The notes below the pieces were generated by a model. That model ran no database searches and had not been told where the DNA came from. It worked only from the letters and a program-made list of their open reading frames with translations. From contig OZ245003.1 in NCBI GenBank assembly GCA_965223425.1, positions 1,888,001-1,952,000 on the forward strand: a stretch of 64,000 nt of DNA, in the 5' to 3' direction. This document shows positions 60,901 to 64,000 of the stretch, piece after piece (position 1 is the first letter of the stretch; every line of letters starts with the position of its first letter). The stretch comes from Nitrosopumilus sp. (GTDB lineage: Archaea; Thermoproteota; Nitrososphaeria; Nitrososphaerales; Nitrosopumilaceae). Position numbers and translations under genes: made by a program.

Positions 60901-63464
60901 GCGCCATACACGGCATAATTCGCTATGTCAATCACCGGGGATGTCAATGCTCTGACTGCGTTATCCGTGGGCTGATCAAGCATGAAGGTCATCGTGTTGC
61001 GCGCTGCCGTGTTTCGCAGCCATTCAGAGGAGGCAAGATTCGAGACTACAGCATCAGAGCCGGACTCGCGGATATCCAGGTCAGAGAGCATGGTCTGTTC
61101 ATCGTTAATGATGTCTTTGTTGAAGGTTATGTCAAGGATGCCGTGGTTTTCATAGTATGTGGCAGACCTGGCAAAGACTGTCTGGTCGTCGTAGACTGTT
61201 ACTGTTACCGTGTCAGTGCCGTTTGAGGAGGAAGAGTCGCTTGCCGTAAGCGTGAACTCTAGCGTGATAGGATCGGCGGCGGTGGTGGTGGACGGTGCAG
61301 TGAATGTGGGGCTTGTTGTGTTGGCGTTTGTCAGGGGTACGGTAGGGGAGCCGGATGTCTGGGACCACGAGTATGTCAGGGTAGTGTCGTCGCCGCCGTC
61401 AGGATCCGCCGAGTTGGTCCCGTCAAGGGTTACCGTGTCTCTTTCCTGCACGTGCTGGTTTGGGCCGGCATCGGCGATTGGGGCGGCATTGCCTATCTGA
61501 AATACAGGCGAGATGGCATAAAACTGAAGCGGGGAAGATGGGTTGAAAATATTATTACCGGATAATGGACCATCATCTGTGTTTGGACCCCCCAGTTGTA
61601 CCTGGAAGGTACTGCCTAATTGAGTGGCTGATGATTTTGTCCCATCATGATTAGAACCAGTAAATATAGAAGTAGTGCCAAACTCGAATTCATTTCCATG
61701 CTCGTTTCGCCCGGATGTCTCCTCATCCCATGATCCATCGTAAAAGTCCTGATAGTCGTCTGCCACCTTTGCGCCGTCTAGCCAGTAGATTGGGGGGCCC
61801 TTGTTTGCACTGGTATAGGTGGTACCGGTGTGGACGCGCGCATCGACTGCAGACGTACTGCCCACCACCCTGAATGACGAGCTGTATTCTTGGATGTCTG
61901 CATGGCCTGCTGCTACGAGGTTTTGGACGAATGTGTCATATACTGCTATGTCAGTAGATGTGGCGTTGCGTGTAGTCGATGTCACAATGAGCAGCCTGAA
62001 CCGGTCTTGTCCCTCGCCAAGGCCCGAGGGTATCAGGCCCCAGTCTGCCGGGACAAGCGTTGCATCTGCGGATGATTGTTTGCTTGTGGTAATAGGTTCT
62101 GTGTATGATTGTGTTGATGGCTCCAGCCTGTCTGCAGCGGATTCTTCTTCTGCTGCCGTCGAGATGTCAATTATCTGGACTCCGCGGTCACCAGATGCTG
62201 CGACCAAGGCGTAGGTGCTGGTACCTATTTTCACGGCAGTTATTCCATTGGCGCCTTCAAGCTTGTCAAATGTCTTGCCGTTGCCATATTCCTGGCTGTC
62301 AACAACAGAGGCAACTGGGACGGGGTTTGCAGGATCCGTGATGTCGACTATCTGGACGCCGTTGTCTTGATATGCCGTAACAAGGGCGTAGGTGCTGGAG
62401 CCGTCAGTTACAGTGGTGATGCCCCGTGCGCCTGCAAGCGTGTCAAATGTATTGCCGTCAGTAACAGAGGCAACCGGTACGGGGTTTGCGGGATCCGTGA
62501 TGTCGATTATCTGGACGCCAAAGTCGTTAGATGCCGCAACAAGGGCGTAGGTGCTGGAGTCTATCTTTACGGTGGTGATGTCCCATGCGCCATCAAGCTG
62601 GTCGTAGGTCTTGTTTTCCCCGCCGCCGACTGTGACGGTGTCCCCGTCACCAAAGGAGGAGGTCGGGACGGGGTTTGTGGGATTTGTGATGTCTACTATC
62701 AAGACGCCGTCGTCAAAAAATCCCGTAACAAGGGCGTAAGTGCTGGAGCCCATATCCACGGTGGTGATGTACTGTGGATACTCTAGCTTGTCAAATGTCT
62801 TGTCTGTCCCGTTGACTGTGACGGTGTCCCCTTTATCAAAGGAGAAGACTGGGGCAGGGCTTGCGGGATCCGTAATGTCAATTATCTGGACGCCGTTGTC
62901 AAGGGATGCTGCGACTAGGGCGTAGGTGCGGGCGTTGATAACCACGGTGGTGACGTCATGCGCGCCGCTAAGCTCGTTGAATGTCTTGCCGTTGAGATGG
63001 GTCTGGCTATCACGGATAGAGACGACCGGTGCTGGGTCTGCGGGATTTGTGATATTGATTATCTGGATGCCTTTCTCATTGAATGATGATGCTGCGACCA
63101 AGGCGTAGGTACTGGAGCCGATAGTTACGGTGGTGACGCCCCGTGGGGATCTAAGCGCGTCAAATGTATTGCCGTCACTGATAGCGGCTACAGGTGCGGG
63201 GCTTGCGGGATCTGTGATGTTGATTATCTGGACGCCATGGTCTGTACCTCCCGTAACAAGGGCGTAGGTGCTGGCGTTGATAACCACGGTGGTGACGTCA
63301 TGCGCGCCGCTAAGTTCGGGGTAGGCCGGGCTGTGAGTAACAGAGGCGACTGGAACAGGCGAATCTATCGCGGCATCAGCAAGGGAGACGCAGAGGGGAA
63401 TCAGAAGAGCAAGTGCCACTATTGCTGCTATTGCAGGCAACGGCGGCTTTGTCAATCGTTGCAA
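39942..63464 (-). CDS. Giant (7840 aa) modular cell-surface/adhesin-like protein
   Basis: Uninterrupted ORF; signal peptide; LVIVD-like propeller, C-type-lectin-like domain, PKD/K319L repeats, SwmB/Ig-like repeats, three YVTN-like propellers, DUF5011-like repeats, type I periplasmic-binding domain, Gly/Ser linkers, thaumarchaeal IP..K..A.W...EFV.AL.YL C-terminal motif. Confidence 0.93.
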   Translation of the reverse strand: MQRLTKPPLPAIAAIVALALLIPLCVSLADAAIDSPVPVASVTHSPAYPELSGAHDVTTVVINASTYALVTGGTDHGVQIINITDPASPAPVAAISDGNTFDALRSPRGVTTVTIGSSTYALVAASSFNEKGIQIINITNPADPAPVVSIRDSQTHLNGKTFNELSGAHDVTTVVINARTYALVAASLDNGVQIIDITDPASPAPVFSFDKGDTVTVNGTDKTFDKLEYPQYITTVDMGSSTYALVTGFFDDGVLIVDITNPTNPVPTSSFGDGDTVTVGGGENKTYDQLDGAWDITTVKIDSSTYALVAASNDFGVQIIDITDPANPVPVASVTDGNTFDTLAGARGITTVTDGSSTYALVTAYQDNGVQIVDITDPANPVPVASVVDSQEYGNGKTFDKLEGANGITAVKIGTSTYALVAASGDRGVQIIDISTAAEEESAADRLEPSTQSYTEPITTSKQSSADATLVPADWGLIPSGLGEGQDRFRLLIVTSTTRNATSTDIAVYDTFVQNLVAAGHADIQEYSSSFRVVGSTSAVDARVHTGTTYTSANKGPPIYWLDGAKVADDYQDFYDGSWDEETSGRNEHGNEFEFGTTSIFTGSNHDGTKSSATQLGSTFQVQLGGPNTDDGPLSGNNIFNPSSPLQFYAISPVFQIGNAAPIADAGPNQHVQERDTVTLDGTNSADPDGGDDTTLTYSWSQTSGSPTVPLTNANTTSPTFTAPSTTTAADPITLEFTLTASDSSSSNGTDTVTVTVYDDQTVFARSATYYENHGILDITFNKDIINDEQTMLSDLDIRESGSDAVVSNLASSEWLRNTAARNTMTFMLDQPTDNAVRALTSPVIDIANYAVYGANSIFFEHDQSGLPVVKSGAFLPRVASAVATAQNEITVHFLSNVDTDVDDGTGWSVGASPDIGLKEDFAVQSNSDPGGTTDTMTLALNGLLPTGFRSGAIFLDYQRPSDDGSSSSTGVFNGTEYMGSTNRIILADGISPIPVSASAPSPADTSITITFSERIKGTASAESFSFSRVAGSLTTTPVPGLTQQQVRADADPTLTLNLDGPIGNSTLTISYDRDSGDIISDVDGNYLASFSGVPVGTPDVNLRPIADAGPNQHVQEGDTVTLDGTNSTDPDNGDDTTLTYSWSQTSGSSTITLANANTTSPTFTAPSTANFTALTFALTTNDGSLSSNNDTVTVTVYDDQTIFARSATYYENHGILGVTFNKDVNLLISTELDLFHIRESGSDSGGSDLAFPLLLHTSGSTAHYKLDPSTDNAFRALTSPEADIEGFFTYSQNGFSFNYNQNDLPIGKSGAFLPLIESVTLVAHNELAVRFLSNVDTDITDGTGWILFGADAAGLAIKSNSDPGGTTDAMTLALNASLPDTATRFDAVHAHYQRPPADGDGAAGQRGGIFNGTEYLDNARNIMANDGLPPVPVSAAAASDTSTSITVTFSENVKGSHGTGSFSLSRAAGSATTSTPIPAVVPQTILTDSPTLTLGLDGPVGNNTLVINYNQDLEGSSMADVAGNPVASFANIHVDTPDVNRPPTAIISAPARVTEGDAVTLDGAASADDDGTISSYGWTANDTSITITNPSQATASFTAPRVTEDTTLVITLQVTDDDGATGSANHTMTISDSGRPDSYSNLNRASVTTSYNDTTNMLDITLYVRNAIPSQDATYQSRVYLEQDDKVIYTQNDTQTGLPPVTVSVDPEQVPVDYSTDLIITFEIHNTEQVSGLVEGSVISGIPAGELEDYFPTDPTTTTTTPPSSGDDNTPPTFAARTGPDTKQITVTFSENVTSTADSHTVWGVEGNTVTAVTGLDGTGSTAVITLQNALDTGATPDVTYTAGDISDAAGNEMATATINAGPTLDGTQPAGASFTATHSNLRFPTSVAFSVDGSKMYVLDSRGGDIYQYSLSEAFDVSSAALDGTAGASFTATHDNLRGPDSVAFSVNGSKMYVLDNSGNRIFQYSLPDAFDVTGATLDGGASSDGYLFDVAHRDLNLPDSIAFSANGSKMYVLDSRDGDIYQYSLPAAFSVANATLDGGTPQQPGASFTAEHDDLYTPNSVAFSDDGNKMYVLDGDDGDIFQYGLPDAFNVTGAILDGSTSQQQQPGASFTAFHSDNPDSLAFSSNGSKMYVLDPYNGDIFQYSLPTAFDVSPGVTDGLAPTVVSIARHDPEEQDTDKDNPLFRVTFSEPVTGVGSSDFETSGNATARASTVTQVSGSTYDVRVFVFASGIVGLDIKASSNIADVAGNLLLAAAPAGDDPVTPTVSDESYNVNFIQPELVSVVRHDPTAQNTNDKTPTFRVTFSTAVANVDVADFATYGNATAEVSTVVPVSGGKSYDVGVTVTTGGTVGLGIASANNIADAVTGRALSGTAPTGANESYTIDIAAPAFLSVERHDPTPQNTNDATPTFRVTFSEEVVNVDKSDFVIQGGLNTGATVSSVTPASGGAVYHVEVAVPKDGTVSLYIKTADHIHNITDVVGNPLANTLLTSGQTDESYTTDTVAPTLSFVTRHDPTAEDTSDSTPTFRILFGEAVVNVDASDFETTGGADAAVTGVTQISGSEYRVEVTVTAGGTVGLGIAAAENDITDAAGNVLVVDPMAIYSTYNVVVRPPPIADAGPNQHVQEGDTVTLDGTNSTDPDGDTLTYSWSQTSGSPAVTLTNANTTSPTFTAPSTANFTALTFALTTNDGSLSSNNDTVTVTVYDDQTIFARSATYYENHGILGVTFNKDVNLLISTELDLFHIRESGSDDGGSNLLSSKLLITTGSTAHFKLDSSTDSAVRALASPEADIEPDFTYSQGGFSFDYDQNDLPIKSGAFLPLIESVTLAARDELTVRFLSNVDTDITNGTGWILFGADVTAANLAIESNSDPGGIKDTMTLALNASLPGTATRFDDVHVKYQRPSGDGGGIFNGTEYLGNTADIKAADGLPPVPVSAAAASAMSTSITVTFSENVLGSHGAGSFSLSRAAGSATTTPVPAVVPETIFTDSETLTLNLNSTIGNNDLTVAYNQDLAGSGIADVAGNPVASFEGIPVGTQSAPTPPTPPDGNAPPTASIAAPARAAEGTTVTLVGTGSSDSDGTISLYAWTANNTSITIIDADKAEASFTAPQVTANATLVITLKVTDDDGATGSANHTMTLYDTNRLPAADAGPNQHVQEGDTVTLDGTRSADPDDGDTLTYSWSQTSGSPAVTLTNANTTSPTFTAPSTANFTALTFALTTNDGSLSSNNDTVTVTVYDDQTIFARSATYYENHGILGVTFNKDVNLLISTELDLFHIRESGSDSGGSDLAFPLLLHTSGSTAHYKLDPSTDSAVRALASPEADIEGFFTYSQNGFSFNYNQNDLPIGKSGAFLPLIESVTLVAHNELAVRFLSNVDTDITDGTGWILFGADAAGLAIKSNSDPGGTTDAMTLALNASLPDTATRFDAVHAHYQRPPADGDGATSHRGGIFNGTEYLDNARNIMANDGLPPVPVSAAAASATSTSITVTFSENVKGSHGAGSFSLSRAAGSATTSIPIPAVVPQTILTDSSTLTLGLDGPVGNNTLVINYNQDLVDSSMADVAGNPVASFANIPVSTPFTGDTGGGTPDANQDLPTITLLGANPQQMELGANYTESGATCADADGTDISGNIVINSDSVNRPVVGEYNVTYDCAADDSDSSRADTVTRVIEVRDTVKPAFAVDEHDADYTTTITLGGTYVAGTILNVTDRDQTTQNIGNAGAVDTDSPGTYYVTYTVTDASGNSHTITETVIVSDSRPPVIKLNGDTPHFVEWGSGYDEPGAICTDGAGNDILLPENLVINYTAPVDASTVGDYEINYYCTDPDSGIPADRVIRLVTVRDTVSPVIVSAALIRNDTIVLTYSEPVDVKSNTTDGSGFALSAGTVAANTDPAGATAQITLGITGRGSSTGDPPDITYDSASGSVEDTNGIPAHAGTFDGTVDKVPPVAISAHTSNSTAIRIELSEAVTNAGAAPGDFALSAVRVITNMTVHADDIRPTPHAASMSVDGSSITLLLNDTLDGNQDVKVSYQKGGSAGISTGSGGTINDLSGGTLLAGSLPIGEQTDFPVAMALSKDGTTIFVLDFSNSLHAYALPAPWEVSSSSSSSGASHAYTTSLASLIPPIPVNSTVTVNPAVAMVGLTFSADGTRLFATDALDGSAIHEFVFSSPWNASDASFSSYVNHTLSSAGILPNTDLRGIAFSPDGTAMYIASDRNDRISEFSLSEAWNASSAVLAHSISAEDPRADAAAVIAGITFSADGTRMFVAVPDKNLISEFALSEAWDISSATHAGSFSAGPSTFSVLSPDSLSFVDVELPFRPSDVAFSADGTRMFVLDESSDFPDSVSARTPAVKQYTLAPPAKPFDPGVLPNPLGSFALLQVQNSIPTDSTTPDVNMPPTAVISAPETAGEGRTVPLDGTASDDTDGTISSYEWTAGDPTIAIAGSNQSTASFTAPRVTENTALVITLKVTDDDGYTGSANHTMTITKSDRPVLYPQSYRAYFTPYYNDTTDMLDITFGFDRRTNIIPSQDAIYQSRVYLEQDEKVIYTQNDTQVGFFPVTVSIDPKQVPIDYSLDELVIIFEIHNTEQGSGLVEEGTNIFVIHDDDYEKYFPRTTTTTTTPSPADDTAPPTFAARTGPDTNQVTVTFSENVNSTADSHTAWGVEGSTVTAVTGLDGTGSTAVMTLQDALDTGATPDVTYTAGDISDAAGNRMVTATINAGPTLDGTQPAGALFAAKHDNLGFPTSVAFSANGSKMYVLDSRDGEIFQYGLSEAFNVSSATLDGTAGASFTAFHGNLSNPDTVAFSANGSKMYVLDSSGHRIFQYSLPDAFDVTGATLDDSSSNGYLLSIAHDDLGEPGSVAFSDDGSKMYVLDSDDGGIFQYSLPAAFSVANATLDGGTPPGYAFRADHGGLDSPGSVAFSDDGSKMYVLDSDDGDIFQYGLSEAFSVSSATLDGTAGASFTASHSSLIFDSLAFSDDGSRMYMLDPHTGGIFQYGLPTAFDVSAGVTDGLAPTVLSIKRHDPTSEETDRQNPTFQVTFSEPVTEVGSSDFAISGNATATVSTVTPVSGSTYDVLVRVTGIGTVGLDIKTANDIADIAGNRLVDLRTPAAADADQSYSVDFAQPELASVERHEPPEQETSDSTPTFSVTFNKGVVNVDQSDFVTTGTANSTVSAVTGASGGTEYRVEVAVTTDGTVGLGINAEENDIADAVTAAALSSGTAPTTGTNESYNVSIIQPKLVSVERHDPTTRDTNDDTPIFNVTFSQPVFNVDASDFVALGTADAAVSNVTRISGGTVYHVLVTVTEDGTVDLGIAEENDIADAAGVPLSADTAPTGGINDSYSIDTTDPAFLSVERHDPATENTNDDTPTFRVTFSEEVVNVDASDFEISGSANAGAVVSSVTPVSGGTVYHVEVNVVRDGTVGLYIKTLNHNHNIADAVGNPLANAVLESADQTTNESYAVDITAPTLSFAIIHDPATQNTGNTTLTFRVTFDEAVINVDPPDFETTGDADATVSTVTKVSDNDYLVVVSADTGGTVGLGIDAEENDITDVAGNALPSGTGDAQTSTYNVKVTAPTLESVERLYPATQNTNDRTPTFRATFSEAVTNVDTSDFVTTGDAAATVTTVNTASGTVYEVLVTATTDGTVGLGINAVNDIEDAVGNDLSGTGPTVTDDSYIIDTVQPILKTITRQSSVSEYTNDDTLTFRIAFSEDVFNVDAADFETTGDAVVTNLQVFPVLSSDNSTYDISVDITADGTVILDIAANNDIKDAAGNALSGTAPTVADDSSLTVDRVRPTLVSVERHEPATQNTNDRNPTFKVTFSEEVFNVDAADFKTTGDVDVVDFTINRMPGGTAYNVTAIAPADGTVDLGIVTGHDIQDVAGNALSGTEPTGTDDSYIIDTVRPTLVSVERDEPASQDTNDDTPTFSVTFSEAVNNVNKEDFAITGSAAAEIKTVTGAPGTAQYRVELAVTGDGTVGLDIKPENDIADVTGSTLSLEVPPETDESYTVDTVLPTLVSVERHEPAEQDTGDTTPTFMVTFSEGVNSVNEEDFATSGDAAATVSAVTSVSGGKTYRVEVTVTAGGTVGLDIKAANNIADAAGNALSLDVQPDTDDSYTVDTVLPTLVSVARYGPPSQDTNDSTPTFRVTFSEAVTSVDTSDFDTTGNATASVSTVAPVPGGKIYDVGVTVTANGTVGLGISPTHNIIDTAGLPLSDEEPATDQSYNVLLPRVPVGTPPADAVQPALLSVVRHDPATQNTNNGTLTFRATFSEAVVNVDTTDFEITGSATATVFAVTKESDTVYDVEVTVTADGTVNLGINATANDIKDAAGNALSGTTPTTEVSESYNVDTVAPTLASITRHNPAEEDTSSSILVFRAAFSEAVNNVDPSDFEILDNADAGSLLVTPVPSSSNSTYEVRVLVFEEGTVSLGINATASDITDAAGNALSGTTPTGDDESYSVDITRPTLASVARHDPLTENTTDSTPTFRATFSEAVVNVDKSDFATTGSATATVSAVTKESDAVYDVGVTVTANGTVGLSISPLSVRDIKDAAGNDVRLFAQPTGDNELYSVSLLPQAENRQPTITLTGDNPATAERYVTYTDAGATCADPDGDDTTLTNSSNVDTDTIPLAPYLYTYSCTDEHGLAAQNVTRQVLVADTVTPVLSLIGLSSVSLTVGDPYTDDGATCTDSGRSITVTVSGLDAVNTAVAGQYDVIYTCSDGFNPADPVTRTVIVTEPMPPPPPPPPPPPDVNVPPTARISAPARAAEGATVSLNGTGSTDNDGTISSYAWTTNDTSITITYDDQATASFTAPNVTKDTLLVITLVVTDNDGGTGSANHTMTITNVSRPPGDTTSPPPNKPPVILHTVDTDQISTTRITLDRDTGFELAELGVTCSDPEDGDITLMLDERPTYDPNTAGRYSLSYSCEDSGGIIVYLQVVLHLSAPDTTRPTISLVGDPEHTVDKGASYDDPGAECADLRDDSPELVTSGFVDTSEPGTYEIEYTCKDAAGNESDTVTRKVTVLPDTTPPTFTVNGNATDFATSLTEGQTYRNGKIENITETGSPPTRTEIRYYNGTGDAAVTTEANKIDSINNTRPPIGHYTIQYTVSDSAVSPNNHTITETLTVRAPATVTIGAIVSTTGSISSLGIPANDTIHLAVNDFNDRYLAPNEAAWRLAVSTHDDGSASEGAIAALELLAGSNITSIVGPLTSEALSEVKNNTLFDNPPRLAISYASTAPTEDLKQKDDRVFRTVPDDSNTVRAYVSLFEADSVDYVIPVFRNDAWGVALNRTLADEIDDHNNSTDSKITVHGGILYNPDTVSLSANTTLALLNDTLSRDSVSEKAPAVVVFGFSETLDILSEAAATANLPAAKWYGSDAVAPSKLLEGDTRRDEKRKTFLERTDYNVLTLAIDENEKNKRIDSSVDNADVYSYAAYDAVFILGTAIHLNGGSAGNMVNEGLIGNIAQVADNANGHYTDPAMGNTTLNEYGDLLQADYFVLSLDAGSGTSFEPEFRYYGSSGTLEGLVSSGGGGGGSSGDVSAPSIRTGFGAGQYPLVYDGIKYGPDTINSPHTATIRAGSGERLLSTLTVYENGGAQNVQHVDMFVAHDGRTIHNDGTETHVTYDSGNIRITDPHGLIASATVDASAIDATKAQFEFVITFAKKVPLSDVLYRLWDTSRNALYIHLEDALVVSEGRKGGSSSSGGGGGGGSSSSGGGGGGGGGSSSSSTVPPATGSGNGTTTTTTATGNGTAADTADKQQPQQPRQGFTAEQLDTLKQWGGFASQSASDSQLLAQFGIEGTSIPTYFKQTAKWFLDADADDADDGLTAQEFVAALSYLGQRGLLLN
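48425..50290. repeat. Intragenic duplication of propeller/SwmB-like/PKD block (partner ~56965-58850)
   Basis: Shared runs such as ggcgcaaggccgtcagttacgcctg and cagggccggtccttgcagcaaacgt. Confidence 0.85.
52745..54020. repeat. Near-identical ~1.27-kb intragenic duplication (partner 58865-60146; diverged copies ~54375-55617 and ~60190-61475)
   Basis: Long stretches are base-identical at offset 6120 (e.g. lines 53161-53460 vs 59281-59580). Confidence 0.9.
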
Positions 63465-63689
63465 CTGTCAGAATCTCCCGTCCTCTTCTTCTCCCAATAC
63501 CATTATTGCTGCCGCTGATCCTTTCTCCACACACGCACACGCACCCCCCCCCCCCGGGCGGAGTCAGGCAACATTGTGGCAGGGAAGGCAGAATTATTGC
63601 AGGAATGACAAAAGTACGGTACTGTTGGCAACGGCTTGAAAGCAGATAACTGAAAGGTGTAAATCAACAATTTGATGCTTTTGTTTTGG

Positions 63690-63708
63690 TATTTATATAT
63701 TTTTTTCA
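63690..63708 (-). promoter_or_regulatory. Candidate BRE/TATA promoter for the giant gene
   Basis: Minus strand tgaaaaaaatatataaata ~230 bp upstream of the start. Confidence 0.4.
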
Positions 63709-63855
63709 GACTCTGGATTCTGTTTGCAGAAATAAGATTGACCAAAACATGGCATGCGCAACAGATGCTGCCGGTTCTGCGGATCTCGATCATGGCAAAA
63801 GACGGATAAGGTTCTGATGGCGCGGCGCGGGTGGCAGATCCGAAGACGCTAGGTG

Positions 63856-63907
<52 letters not shown>

Positions 63908-64000
63908 TCTAAGGCATTCCAGACTACAGGACTGAAATCCGCAAGTCCGAGGATCAGCGCCAACTTGTGCGGCAGGGCAGTCTTCAATTCCAGATGGCAG

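Noticed and set aside
39942-63464. Diversity-generating retroelement acting on the giant gene
   Set aside because: No reverse transcriptase in the window and no adenine-specific TR/VR pair seen among the repeats
39931-63518. Many + strand ORFs opposite the giant gene
   Set aside because: Antisense shadows of a GC-rich repetitive CDS

Overview
Archaeal (Nitrosopumilaceae/Thaumarchaeota-like, probably host-associated) window. AT-rich core-gene blocks (1.5-4.7 kb, 13.9-19.4 kb, 38.2-38.8 kb: oxidoreductases, DUF99, geranylgeranyl reductase, methyltransferase, Csp, aIF-1A) alternate with a very dense, partly decayed mobilome (IS6, ISH3/IS4-like, IS5-like, IS630, IS481 and IS110 remnants, plus three MITEs with readable TSDs). 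The window ends in a 23.5-kb GC-rich gene for a 7840-aa modular surface protein. Five structures are read directly from the sequence. (1) A ~9-kb transposase-less unit bounded by IS6-type ends and an 8-bp TSD carries two exported proteins and a VirD4/HerA-like ATPase-wHTH-nuclease fusion. (2) A lone AAA+/wHTH ATPase gene is flanked by paired 51-bp sites with inverted 21-bp outer arms and a directly repeated 25-bp palindromic core. (3) A ~10-kb inversion between two IS5-like copies is shown by a split IS481 ORF. (4) A 37-bp/37-bp/37-bp repeat-insert-repeat has an IS terminus as its insert. (5) The IS5-like transposase carries a length-variable heptad coiled coil. Family assignments are by eye from motifs; no database searches were run.
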